Below the pieces are notes generated by a model, which saw only the letters and a list, made by a program, of their open reading frames with translations, made no database searches and was not told where the DNA came from. From an uncultured Chroococcidiopsis sp. (GTDB lineage Bacteria; Cyanobacteriota; Cyanobacteriia; Cyanobacteriales; Chroococcidiopsidaceae), in contig CAXTYC010000002.1 in assembly GCA_964248365.1 (NCBI GenBank), positions 102,447-166,446 on the forward strand: a stretch of DNA of 64,000 nucleotides, written 5' to 3'. Below, piece by piece: positions 42,780-52,150 of the stretch. Both the position numbers and the translations under genes were made by a program. The stretch's first letter is position 1. Each line of letters opens with the position of its first letter.

Positions 42780-43070
42780 TCAATCATCATCATCATCGCG
42801 CTCGCGGTGTCTGCGCCGACGATCATCGTCATCATCGTCATCATCGTCATCATCGTCGTAGCGATCGCGGTATCTCCTGCGACGATCATCATCATCATCA
42901 TCGTCATCGTTGCGATCGCGGTATCGGTAATCTCTGTCATCATCGTTGCGATCGCGGTATCGGTAATCCCTGTCATCATCGTTGCGATCGCGGTATCGAC
43001 GATCAGGATCGTCATCGCGGCGTTTTCCCCCCAAACCAGGGATATTATTTAAAAAATCGCCTATCTCCAT
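42780..43070 (-). CDS. Asp/Arg-rich low-complexity repeat protein
   Basis: GGAG 8 nt before ATG, non-repetitive N-terminus, 33-nt repeats (YRYRDRNDDDRD), downstream hairpin. Confidence 0.7.
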   Translation of the reverse strand: MEIGDFLNNIPGLGGKRRDDDPDRRYRDRNDDDRDYRYRDRNDDDRDYRYRDRNDDDDDDDDRRRRYRDRYDDDDDDDDDDDDRRRRHRERDDDDD

Positions 43071-43424
43071 AATTTTACTCCAGTTTGTGAGGGAAAAATG
43101 TGTTTTATTAAAACGATGCCTACTTTCAGTTAGTTTCTTATAAAAATTTTAACTGTTATCTCTTCCATTAGTCATAGATATTAATCAATAAATGGAATAA
43201 TTTTATAATTTAACTGAATGGTTTTATAAGTATGTGAATGTGAAAAAACATAAAACTGTTGAAATTAATTTTTATAATATCTTCCTAGAGAAGTTTAGAC
43301 CATCAATAGGTGCAAATATATTCGAAATATATGATTTGTGCTGCCAATAATTAATAGCCGTAGGGTGGGCAACGCCCACCAATACCAAACTATTATGATG
43401 AATGATGCCTAAACTTCCTTACTT

Positions 43425-43790
43425 ATGACTAACCTACCGCCACTAAATACAGAAACGATCTGGGCTATCCTTAAAGATGAGATAGATGATGCTACAGTAA
43501 ATCAGCTAGTCTGGCACTGTTTGGGCTATCGCTACGACGAGACAGCCTCTTCATGGGATATTACCAACGTAGCACCAGAATGGCGAGATGAGTATTCCCA
43601 ACCCCCAGATTTTATTGACACTCGTCCAGCCACAGTCAAGTTAACTCGTTCAATTCCTCCAGAAAATAAACAACTATTGAAAGAACAACTGGGTTTTAAA
43701 GGCTATAAAGTGGGTGAATTTGGTCCTCGCCAAACTCGCAGAGCAACGGCTGCTAATTGGTTGTTGAGCTATATGCAATTGAAGAAATAA
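43425..43790 (+). CDS. DUF1823 family protein
   Basis: VNQLVWHCLGYRY..RPATVKLTRSIP..TRRATAANWLL. Confidence 0.85.
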   Translation: MTNLPPLNTETIWAILKDEIDDATVNQLVWHCLGYRYDETASSWDITNVAPEWRDEYSQPPDFIDTRPATVKLTRSIPPENKQLLKEQLGFKGYKVGEFGPRQTRRATAANWLLSYMQLKK

Positions 43791-43813
43791 TCAATACTGT
43801 GATCTAAACTAAT

Positions 43814-44479
43814 CTACAGGCTATTGATTAATTCAGGTGTATCGTTAGTAGGTTTGTTCACCTTAGTACTGACTGGATAAGAAGTCATTGCCCTCGAAGA
43901 ATATGGTTGTAGTAACTGCTGTAGCTGTTCTGGTTTTTCCACTGTTGGATCAAGCCATAAATCATAGTCATTTGGATTAAGTATTACTGGCATTCGGTCG
44001 TGGATTGGTTGCAATATTTCATTAGCTTCAGTAGTTATAATTGTGCAAGAATCAATCACCTCACCGTTGGGATCTTGCCAATGCTCCCATAAACCTGCAA
44101 AGGCGAAGGGTTGTTCATTTTGTAAGCGAAAATAAAACGGCTGTTTCTTACCTTCTTGTCGCCGCCACTCATAAAAGCCATCGGCGATCACCAAACAACG
44201 ACGGTGGCGAAAAGCAGAACGGAACGAGGGTTTTTCAGCAACGGTTTCCGCCCTAGCGTTAATTAACTTAGCCCCGATTGCTGGATCTTTTGCCCAAGAA
44301 GGAATTAAACCCCAGCGTAACATTTGAAACTGACGCTCATTCTGTTCAGTTTTGTGCAATGTTGGTACTAGTTGGGTAGGAGCAATATTGTAGCGTGGCT
44401 CTAATTTTGGGACTTCATTGAGTTGAAAGACGGAGGCTATCGCTTCTACTGGTTGACTCAAAGTAAATCTTCCACACAT
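43814..44479 (-). CDS. SOS response-associated peptidase (SRAP/YedK/HMCES family)
   Basis: MCGRF, PRYNIAP, INARAET, DGFYEW, IHDRMP. Confidence 0.95.
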   Translation of the reverse strand: MCGRFTLSQPVEAIASVFQLNEVPKLEPRYNIAPTQLVPTLHKTEQNERQFQMLRWGLIPSWAKDPAIGAKLINARAETVAEKPSFRSAFRHRRCLVIADGFYEWRRQEGKKQPFYFRLQNEQPFAFAGLWEHWQDPNGEVIDSCTIITTEANEILQPIHDRMPVILNPNDYDLWLDPTVEKPEQLQQLLQPYSSRAMTSYPVSTKVNKPTNDTPELINSL

Positions 44480-44496
44480 AATTTTTTCAGGTATTT

Positions 44497-45105
44497 ATGC
44501 TGCGTTTATACGATTTATTACCTTCCGGTAATAGCTATAAAGTACGTCTTTTATTAACACAACTAGGTATTTCCTTTGAGAGAATAGAGCTTAATATCCT
44601 CAAAGGTGAAACTAGAACACCATAATTTTTAAGTAAAAATCCTAACGGTCGCATTCCTGTTTTGGAAACACAATTAGGGCAATTTTTAGCAGAATCAAAT
44701 GCTATCTTATTTTATCTTAGCGAAGGAACCGAGTTTTTACCCACCCACCGATTTTTACGCGCTCAAGTTTTACAATGGTTATTCTTTGAGCAGTATAGCC
44801 ATGAGCCTAATATCGCTACTTCCAGATTTTGGATTTCTATTTTAGGTAAGGCGGAAGAATATCGGGAAGCTCTAGATCTGAAACGTCAAGCTGGTTATGC
44901 AGCACTTTCCGTGATGGAAAAGCATTTAACCTCTCACACCTTTTTTGTTGATGAGCGTTACACGATTGCAGATATTGGCTTATATGCTTATACTCATGTT
45001 GCCCATGAAGGTGGTTTTGATTTGACAAAATTTCCTGCTATTTAAGCATGGCTTGAACGAGTCAAATCTCAGCCTCGACATATAACAATTGCTCAAGAAT
45101 TTTAA
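44497..45105 (+). pseudogene. Glutathione S-transferase with two in-frame TAA stops
   Basis: MLRLYD..SGNSYKVRL..ETRTP*FLSKNPNGRIP..ESNAIL..FPAI*AWLERV; stops at 44623 and 45043. Confidence 0.88.
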
Positions 45106-45181
45106 TCTCTCGTTACCAGGGCTGGGCTAGGTAACGAGAGATCCTAGCTCCTAGCCTGAGCCTGGGAGCTAGAGGTACGAA

Positions 45182-45901
45182 TTACGAATTCTGAATTATT
45201 TTGTTACTCTCCCAAGATGAGTAACAACTAACTTGAGACAACAATGCTCCCCCTGGTAATTCACCAATTCTCTTTTGCTCAACGCTAATAGCAAAATCTC
45301 GGATGGTTTGGGAAATTTGATAGATGAAGGCAGTTACCCACTCCTGTAGCCATTGCAATTGAATGGCATTAACTGTTTCGCTTGTAATGCCAGAAAAGCT
45401 GATATTCTTAGTACGATTAAGTTGGAAATTGTCTAACCAATCAAAGTTTGGGCGATTCGATTGCCACGCATTAAAAGTTAATATGGAACCTAAATAGCTA
45501 TTACTAAAAGAATTTATTTGATTGAGCGCAATAACTATATCTTCAATCTTAACTACTATCCGTTTGAAACCTATAATCCAAAAAAGCTGCCGTTTAATCT
45601 CACCTAGTTTTTCATAGTCAAAAGAGTTATTACTCACAATCTTTTGATGAATAACAGTTAAGTATTCTAACTGCTGAACTTTAGTATAAATTACAGTAGA
45701 ATCGGCGTATAACGTCTGTAAGAGTTCTGCTAATGTTTCTTCTAAATATATACCATATAACAACTGCTCCAAAGTTTCTTTTGAGTTGAAGCAAAAGCCT
45801 GTTTTTTGAGTAACAATTGACTTTAGATCGTCTGCATCTTGCAGCAAAAGTTTGCGAAGGTAGTAACAAGTTGAAAATACGGGCTTGATCATTGTATTCA
45901 T
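45182..45901 (-). CDS. Hypothetical protein
   Basis: 239-aa ATG ORF in AT-rich DNA; ALNQI..YLG..WQSNRP..WL..EWVTAFI C-terminal segment. Confidence 0.65.
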   Translation of the reverse strand: MNTMIKPVFSTCYYLRKLLLQDADDLKSIVTQKTGFCFNSKETLEQLLYGIYLEETLAELLQTLYADSTVIYTKVQQLEYLTVIHQKIVSNNSFDYEKLGEIKRQLFWIIGFKRIVVKIEDIVIALNQINSFSNSYLGSILTFNAWQSNRPNFDWLDNFQLNRTKNISFSGITSETVNAIQLQWLQEWVTAFIYQISQTIRDFAISVEQKRIGELPGGALLSQVSCYSSWESNKIIQNS

Positions 45902-46158
45902 AGCTTAAATTGTTCACTCAATAATTTATACGATAATTGATAGTAATTTTTCATCCCTAAGTTAAGATATAAAGCGATAAAATAGGACTAAACTAATTTT
46001 CCTGTCTTACACCTTTAGAAAATTAACAAACATTTATTATTAATTAAATGCAAAATCATGAAAAAACTAAAAATGTAAAAATAGCAGTTTGATCAAACTG
46101 GATAACCAATTGTTAAAATCCATAAACATTAAACTTTTTCAATCTTTTTTGCTACGTT

Positions 46159-47043
46159 TTAAGATTGAATACTTCTTAAAGAAGAAACTAAAGGATCAAC
46201 GTATGGTATTGATAGAGGAGGAACGTTACCAATTGTTAATCTTTCCGCTTCTGTAGCCAATTGAACCGACTTTAACATCTCAGCAGCAGAAGGAAATCTA
46301 CGATTAGGTAACTTTTGCATAGCGGTCGAAATTACTGAGCGTAGTAGATATGAAACTGTATTTGGAATTTCTACGGGTTGATTCATGTGAGCTGACATCA
46401 ATTCTCCAGGCAAACCAGAAAAAGGTCGATAGCCAACTGCTAATTCAAATACCATGACTCCAACCGCGTAAAGATCAGAGGCAGGAGAATAGTTGCCATA
46501 AAATCTTTCTGGAGCCATGTAAGCAGGGGAACCCGTACACACACCTTGCTGCTGATCAGTAGAAACATGATTAACTTTAGCTACTCCAAAGTCAGAAATC
46601 CGAGCTATCCAATCAGTAGCATTCATACTGAGCAAGATATTTTCTGGTTTGAGATCGCAGTGAACAACATCACGCTTGTGAGCATGATCAAGACCAGCTA
46701 GGACATCAGCAATTAGTTTTAAGCCATGAACTAAGCTTAAAGGTTCTTCTAATTGCATTAGACTACGTAGAGTTCCGCCTTCGCAAAAATCAGTAACTAT
46801 ATACCGTGTATTTTGGGCGTGTTCTAAACCTTGAAAAGTGATAATATTTGGATGTCGCAAGCTGGACAAAAAATATAATTCCCGTAAGAATTTGTTAGTG
46901 GGAAAACGATTTTTATCAAGCTCTTTAAGCGCTACTAATTTTCTGCTTTGTTTGTCAACAGCACAGAAAACACGTCCGTATTGTCCTTGCCCGACTAGTT
47001 TGATAATGCGGTACTTAGTAGATTCTGGCAAAGGTTCATTCAT
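46159..47043 (-). CDS. Hanks-type Ser/Thr protein kinase (SpkG-like position)
   Basis: GQGQYG, VALK, HCDLKPEN, DFG, GSPAYMAPE. Confidence 0.93.
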   Translation of the reverse strand: MNEPLPESTKYRIIKLVGQGQYGRVFCAVDKQSRKLVALKELDKNRFPTNKFLRELYFLSSLRHPNIITFQGLEHAQNTRYIVTDFCEGGTLRSLMQLEEPLSLVHGLKLIADVLAGLDHAHKRDVVHCDLKPENILLSMNATDWIARISDFGVAKVNHVSTDQQQGVCTGSPAYMAPERFYGNYSPASDLYAVGVMVFELAVGYRPFSGLPGELMSAHMNQPVEIPNTVSYLLRSVISTAMQKLPNRRFPSAAEMLKSVQLATEAERLTIGNVPPLSIPYVDPLVSSLRSIQS

Positions 47044-47192
47044 AGGTAGCGAATATGTTGTACTTGATGTTGGCGATCGCGGGGCAAATAAGCGATAATA
47101 CTACCCATTAACCCTTAGAATCTTGCGCTGCCACGCCTTTGAAAATGTATGTTGGTAGCTTTTTTATTTTGGCTATTGCCCCATAATTAGCC

Positions 47193-47519
47193 TTAGTAAA
47201 TTCCTAGCAATTCATCTTCCTGATGAGACATAATTACACAGTCAGATGTTGGGAATGCTTTACAAGTGAGGACAAAACCAGCACGAAGTTCCTTTTCTTT
47301 TAAGAAACAGTGGTCAGATTGGTCAACTGTACCTTCAACCAGCTTGCCAGTACAGACAACGCAAGCACCTGCACGACAAGCATAGGGCATATCGACATTT
47401 TGCTCTTCAGCAGCATCAAGAATATACTCATTACCGCCAACTTCAATTGTGGTTCTCACATTTGTTGCTGGTTTGACTAATGTCACTTTATAAGTTTTGT
47501 TGTCCTCTCTATGTGCCAT
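47193..47519 (-). CDS. Plant-type 2Fe-2S ferredoxin
   Basis: [12 protein letters not shown]...VLTC. Confidence 0.93.
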   Translation of the reverse strand: MAHREDNKTYKVTLVKPATNVRTTIEVGGNEYILDAAEEQNVDMPYACRAGACVVCTGKLVEGTVDQSDHCFLKEKELRAGFVLTCKAFPTSDCVIMSHQEDELLGIY

Positions 47520-47602
47520 TTCTAACTCCTTGAAAGTAATTTAATTACTAGACAGTTTGTACTAGAGACGCGATGAAAGTCGTGTCTCTACATTATGGGA
47601 TT

Positions 47603-48559
47603 TCAAGAAAATAAAGATTCTAATGCTATTCCTTCAAAATTCTTAGAGCTTTCATTAAACTCAGTTTCCTCCTCATGTATATCCAAATCATGAAACTTTT
47701 TGCTGAGATCTCTTGCTATTTGATATTTATCGATCTCACCGCTTTCAAAAAACAGTCTTGCCGCTTCACGCAAATCCTTCATTGCTGCCTTTTTGTCGCC
47801 TAAGTCAGCATAAGCAAGTCCCCGACTTTGGTAAGCTTCGGCATAGTTAGGATTGACTCGAATAGCTTCGGTATAATCTCCAATTGCTGCTTCTTTATCG
47901 CCTAAACGCTGATAGCTCAAACCTCGGTTAAAGAAGGCATTGGCAGAGATAGGATTGATGCGAATACTTTGGGTACAAGTTTCAATTTCTCGCAAAGCAT
48001 CTACTGTTCTGGCAATTTTTGCCTGTTCGTTCATCAGCTTATTACTTTGCTCTTGAACAAGTTTATTAGTCTGCTGCTGTAGCTTTTCTAGCTGCTCACT
48101 TAGAGTTTCTAGCTTTGCATAAGTAGAGCTATTTTCTTGTTTAAGCTGGGCGATCGCTTGATTATTTGTATCTTGAGAAGAACTGAAGTTATTAGTTAGT
48201 TGCTTTAGCTGTTCGTCTAGTAGACTAAATCCACCGTGTAGTTCGGTGTGCTTGGTATGAGTTTGTTGCTCAAATCCTGCTTGTTGATCGGCTAGGCTGT
48301 CTAGTCTATTTTGGATTTTGACACTCTCTTGGATCACCTGAGCGATCGCCGCGTAATTGTTGTGTTTCATCGACTCTAAAAGTAGGCGGCGATGAGCTAA
48401 ATTTAGCGCCACAGTTACAGATAAAGGAATAGCAGCTACAGCCGCTTGGTTAAAAACCACAGATGCAACAGCACCAATAATGGAACCAGCTACTGACGCA
48501 ATTTCTACCTTTTCCAGCAACTGAGATTTTTGATCAGGATTTTGTAAATTTTCTTGCAT
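47603..48559 (-). CDS. Membrane-anchored coiled-coil TPR protein (Slr0151-like)
   Basis: Two N-terminal hydrophobic helices, coiled coil, TPRs AFFNRG..AIGDYTEAIRVNP..AYQSRG. Confidence 0.85.
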   Translation of the reverse strand: MQENLQNPDQKSQLLEKVEIASVAGSIIGAVASVVFNQAAVAAIPLSVTVALNLAHRRLLLESMKHNNYAAIAQVIQESVKIQNRLDSLADQQAGFEQQTHTKHTELHGGFSLLDEQLKQLTNNFSSSQDTNNQAIAQLKQENSSTYAKLETLSEQLEKLQQQTNKLVQEQSNKLMNEQAKIARTVDALREIETCTQSIRINPISANAFFNRGLSYQRLGDKEAAIGDYTEAIRVNPNYAEAYQSRGLAYADLGDKKAAMKDLREAARLFFESGEIDKYQIARDLSKKFHDLDIHEEETEFNESSKNFEGIALESLFS

Positions 48560-48671
48560 AGGACATTCGATTTCGGATTAATGATTTTTGTCGCGCATAG
48601 ACCCAAAGGCGCAAAGTAAGAACACAAAGGGAATTTCGGTTGTGGAGTTGCACCCGAAGCCCCCCTGCTCT

Positions 48672-49142
48672 CTATTTACCCAGGATGACTTGGTTAAGTC
48701 CCATAATGGGAGAGAGTAAAGCTGCTTCTTGGGCAGTTAGATAGTTCTTGAGGACTTCTTGCATAACTTGGTAAGTGACGTGGGCTGCTTGCTCATCCCC
48801 AAAGGCGTGGATGATTGTGCGATACCAAAGTAAAAAGCTCTCGCGTAGGTGATCTAGGTCGTTGCTGAGTAAAGTTGCTGCACTGTAACGCAAGACATCA
48901 AAGCGATCGCGTTTGCAGGTTGGGGCGACATCTCGGTTCCCCTTGCGGTATAAATTGGGGTTTGTCTTATGTACTTGTGTCTCCACCTGGTGGACAATTT
49001 CTGTTTCAGCCGCTTGGATTTTCAGATAGGCACTCACACGCAAATCGAAAGATTGGATATAGTCTTTGAGAAACTGGAGTTCTTCGGAACTAGCATAGCG
49101 ACCGTCTGCTTCTACACTCAAGCGGGCTAATTGATTCAACAT
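48672..49142 (-). CDS. Phycobiliprotein-like (globin-fold) protein with bilin-site Cys
   Basis: EADGRYASSEEL, TCKRD..VLRY. Confidence 0.85.
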   Translation of the reverse strand: MLNQLARLSVEADGRYASSEELQFLKDYIQSFDLRVSAYLKIQAAETEIVHQVETQVHKTNPNLYRKGNRDVAPTCKRDRFDVLRYSAATLLSNDLDHLRESFLLWYRTIIHAFGDEQAAHVTYQVMQEVLKNYLTAQEAALLSPIMGLNQVILGK

Positions 49143-49176
49143 TAGTTTATGTTCTCCTGCTCAAAAATGCTGGCGC

Positions 49177-49659
49177 TTAAAGCAATTCAGTGTTGGCAAT
49201 ATGCTCTCCCACCCTGTTGCGAGTATCTTGCAATTGGGTAATCATCGAACGAGTAATCAACTTACCTGCTTCCACTAAAACATCACCTGTGAGGGGATGC
49301 AGAATATTTTTCTCTGCCCGACGACCAACCATTGACTCAATATCTTCGATTTGGCTGACATACATCCCAGCAGGTAATTCAACTACAACACCTTCACCAG
49401 TTACTAAAGCTTGGCAGGCTAGGCGAGAATTTGGTTTGGCTGAAGTGATTACTTCTAAGGTACGCCTCTCACGGCGACTAACATGAGAAAGGCTTTCCAT
49501 ACCACTTTTGATGTGAACATGGCAGGTAGCGCACATCCCTCGACCGCCGCACTCTGGCAGAACATTCATCTCTTCTTTTAATAGAACAGATAGAATGTTG
49601 GAGTTAGTTTGAATTACGGTTTCTTGACCAATCGGTTCTAGTTTGATAGTCTTTGCCAT
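49177..49659 (-). CDS. 2Fe-2S ferredoxin with C-terminal extension
   Basis: ECGGRGMCATCHV...SRLACQ. Confidence 0.9.
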   Translation of the reverse strand: MAKTIKLEPIGQETVIQTNSNILSVLLKEEMNVLPECGGRGMCATCHVHIKSGMESLSHVSRRERRTLEVITSAKPNSRLACQALVTGEGVVVELPAGMYVSQIEDIESMVGRRAEKNILHPLTGDVLVEAGKLITRSMITQLQDTRNRVGEHIANTELL

Positions 49660-49705
49660 GTTTTCCTTTGTTGCTAATTGCTAGTTGCTATTTGTGCTTT
49701 AGCTT

Positions 49706-50368
49706 TTATGTGGGGTTAGTGCAAAGTCGCTCCAAGATAGTTTCATGGTCAAGTTGATCTAACCAAGCTTCTGCTGGTTTAAGGCGTTGGGCTAAGCCTA
49801 GAACAAAGCGGTTACAATCAGCCCCTAAAGATTCACAACTAGTTTGCACACAGTGCAGTTCTCGCCCAGTAAGTTGACTAAAAAAAGTAGTCAGTATGCC
49901 TGTTTCCAGAAAGCACACTGGTAGTTTTCCCTTTGGCGCTTGTTTTGCGTAAGCAGAATTCCAAATTTTTACTACAATAAATCCTTGATGGTAATGGCTC
50001 ATGTCGAGGTCGAAAGTACCCCAGCCGTGAGATTTCCAGCACTGTTTCAGACACCCGATAAATTCAACCATCTCCATTTCGTTGAGAGGTTTGCCATAGT
50101 ATTCGTTAACTTCTTCGACAAAACGGGCATAGAAGTTTTTGCCCCACCAACGACCACAGTTAGCAAGTACTACGCCGTAAGCCTGCCCAGTTTCTTTTTC
50201 TATAACAGAGTAAATAGATTGAATCAGAATCTCTGGTAAAGCCAATAGGCGATCGCCTCGGCGGTTTTCCAGCAAACCTGCTTCAAAATCACCTGTTACA
50301 TAGGCATCGAAGGCAAAGTAGTTGCCAGGTAAGCGTTGGTCTTTCACCAAATCGGCAACGGTTATCAT
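49706..50368 (-). CDS. V4R (4-vinyl reductase-like) domain protein
   Basis: HGWGTF, PVCFLETG, CVQTSCESLGADCNRF; alternative start at 50386. Confidence 0.88.
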   Translation of the reverse strand: MITVADLVKDQRLPGNYFAFDAYVTGDFEAGLLENRRGDRLLALPEILIQSIYSVIEKETGQAYGVVLANCGRWWGKNFYARFVEEVNEYYGKPLNEMEMVEFIGCLKQCWKSHGWGTFDLDMSHYHQGFIVVKIWNSAYAKQAPKGKLPVCFLETGILTTFFSQLTGRELHCVQTSCESLGADCNRFVLGLAQRLKPAEAWLDQLDHETILERLCTNPT

Positions 50369-50400
50369 TTCTCTTGTCTCCCGCATCGCGTGTGCTAAAG

Positions 50401-50886
50401 TTATCTTGGCAATTGGGTTAATTTACCCGTACCCAACAGGGTTTCTTCAGCTTGCGCTAAGAAAGGTTGCACCAAAGCCATGTGTTCGCTAGAAAGAAAT
50501 TGCGGCAGGCGGATTTGTAGCAACTGGTAGATAGTCATGTCAATTGCCCCAGTCTGGTGAACTTGCACTATATCTGTCAGCCATTCAAGCAATCTTCTTT
50601 GGATAAATTCTGGGTTATTGAGCAGCATTGCCATAGCGCAGTAGCGCACTACGGATAGCCAGTTTTTCAATCCTCGCTCTAAATTTTCCTGCTTTTCCTG
50701 GGGGAAGGTAGTTAACAATTGGTCGGCTATAGATTGGAAAATCGATAATTCATTGTCCCGCAGTAGCTGGTAAGCCTCTAGGCGCGTGGAAATTGACAAA
50801 ACATGATTTTTGAATGTCTCTATTTCCCTCGGCTGCAAATAGTGCTGTTCAGCCTCGTTGAGTAATGTTTTAATCTCTGGATACAT
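50401..50886 (-). CDS. Phycobiliprotein-like (globin-fold) protein lacking the canonical bilin Cys
   Basis: EAEQHYL..E, WLSVVRYCAMAMLLNNPEF. Confidence 0.8.
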   Translation of the reverse strand: MYPEIKTLLNEAEQHYLQPREIETFKNHVLSISTRLEAYQLLRDNELSIFQSIADQLLTTFPQEKQENLERGLKNWLSVVRYCAMAMLLNNPEFIQRRLLEWLTDIVQVHQTGAIDMTIYQLLQIRLPQFLSSEHMALVQPFLAQAEETLLGTGKLTQLPR

Positions 50887-50897
50887 AATTTGTAGAT

Positions 50898-51410
50898 CTA
50901 AAATAGGTCGGATAAATCGGTGAATTTAGGCTCTAGTGCAACTTTCGGCTGGAAAAAAGTAGTAGCTGACAAAGGTAGTTTGCCGATTTCCGGTTCACCT
51001 TCCCAAGGTACAAACTGGAAAAATTCACCCACTGGCTGCTTTAAGCGGGCATAGGGATCTAGTTGCTCCCAGATGGGGTTTGCTTCTAGACTTCGCCCTT
51101 GCCAATTACACCCAGTAAAGAATTCCTTGACAGCCAGACGCTTTAATGTATTGTGAGGAGAAGCGATCGCAGCGTTGATCGGTACAGGCAAACCCACCGA
51201 CTGGGAAGTATTTTGTCTGGGTTGTTCTAGCAGTTGCCCCGACCAGTTAAACTGGCTAAAGAAATTTTCTACTGTTTGACACTGCCAACAATTTACCTGC
51301 GAGCTTTCCTCTTGCTGCCAGTCGTGAATTTCTGGCAGTTTTCCTTCCCAGTTAGCCCCGCGTAAAAATTGCTCTACTGTTAGGCATGACAAGGAATCCC
51401 TTCTGCTCAT
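50898..51410 (-). CDS. Hypothetical protein with four VxxFFxxxNWxG-like repeats
   Basis: TVEQFLRGANWEG, TVENFFSQFNWSG, AVKEFFTGCNWQG, PVGEFFQFVPWEG. Confidence 0.8.
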   Translation of the reverse strand: MSRRDSLSCLTVEQFLRGANWEGKLPEIHDWQQEESSQVNCWQCQTVENFFSQFNWSGQLLEQPRQNTSQSVGLPVPINAAIASPHNTLKRLAVKEFFTGCNWQGRSLEANPIWEQLDPYARLKQPVGEFFQFVPWEGEPEIGKLPLSATTFFQPKVALEPKFTDLSDLF

Positions 51411-52150
51411 CCTAGGCGCTCCCCATGCCGCAGTCGCTTTTCAATGTCGCGGGCTGTAGCACCTTCGTTATGCCAGAAGGCGGCGGCATCAATACGGTCT
51501 TGTGTACCTAAGAGGAACTTACAGTAAGTTTCGCCCATCGAGTAGCATTGAATTTCAATGCTACTCAAACTCTTTTTCACCAAATAGCTAAAGAATCCAG
51601 CAAATAAACCAGCATAGACAAAACACACAGGTTTACCAACGTCACCTAGAGTCCGCGCTACGGCTGAATCAAAGATGTTGACAAACATAAACCCATTTTT
51701 GTGGTCGCTCATGTCTACTTCCCAGTTTCCCCAGCCACTTGCCGTAAAGGGCCACCACCAGGCTTCTAACATGAATAGGGAATTTACTTCACGAATGTTT
51801 TTCCCATACTCTTTCTCAAACCACTGCTGGAAAAATTTGGCATCCCTGCTACCCCACTCGTAGCCAATGTTGTACATGACAACACAAGAGGCACTACCGA
51901 CTTCTTCTTCTAAACCTTCTATTAAGCCAATGATAAAATCTTCACTAGCAAAAATATTACGCTGCTCATTCCAGTCTGTAATTATTCCTGTATCGTTTTG
52001 GAACTGAAAATAATTTTCAAACTTGTAATGGTTATGCTTTTTAGGATACTTCTGCTTTAAATAAGATTCTAAATTATTACCAGGTTTTGAGTTAGAAGAT
52101 ACAAGCAAATTGTCAGACGTGACAAGCATCTGAGTCATACTCCCTTTCAT
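51407..52150 (-). CDS. V4R domain protein (Slr0144-like)
   Basis: SGWGNW, KPVCFVYAGLFAG, IEIQCYSMGETYCKF. Confidence 0.9.
   Translation of the reverse strand: MKGSMTQMLVTSDNLLVSSNSKPGNNLESYLKQKYPKKHNHYKFENYFQFQNDTGIITDWNEQRNIFASEDFIIGLIEGLEEEVGSASCVVMYNIGYEWGSRDAKFFQQWFEKEYGKNIREVNSLFMLEAWWWPFTASGWGNWEVDMSDHKNGFMFVNIFDSAVARTLGDVGKPVCFVYAGLFAGFFSYLVKKSLSSIEIQCYSMGETYCKFLLGTQDRIDAAAFWHNEGATARDIEKRLRHGERLG

Noticed and set aside
42710..43072. Alternative-frame His-rich, Met/Thr-rich and Ile/Val-rich ORFs
   Set aside because: They are shadows of the same stop-free repeat; only the D/R frame has an ATG with SD and a distinct N-terminus.
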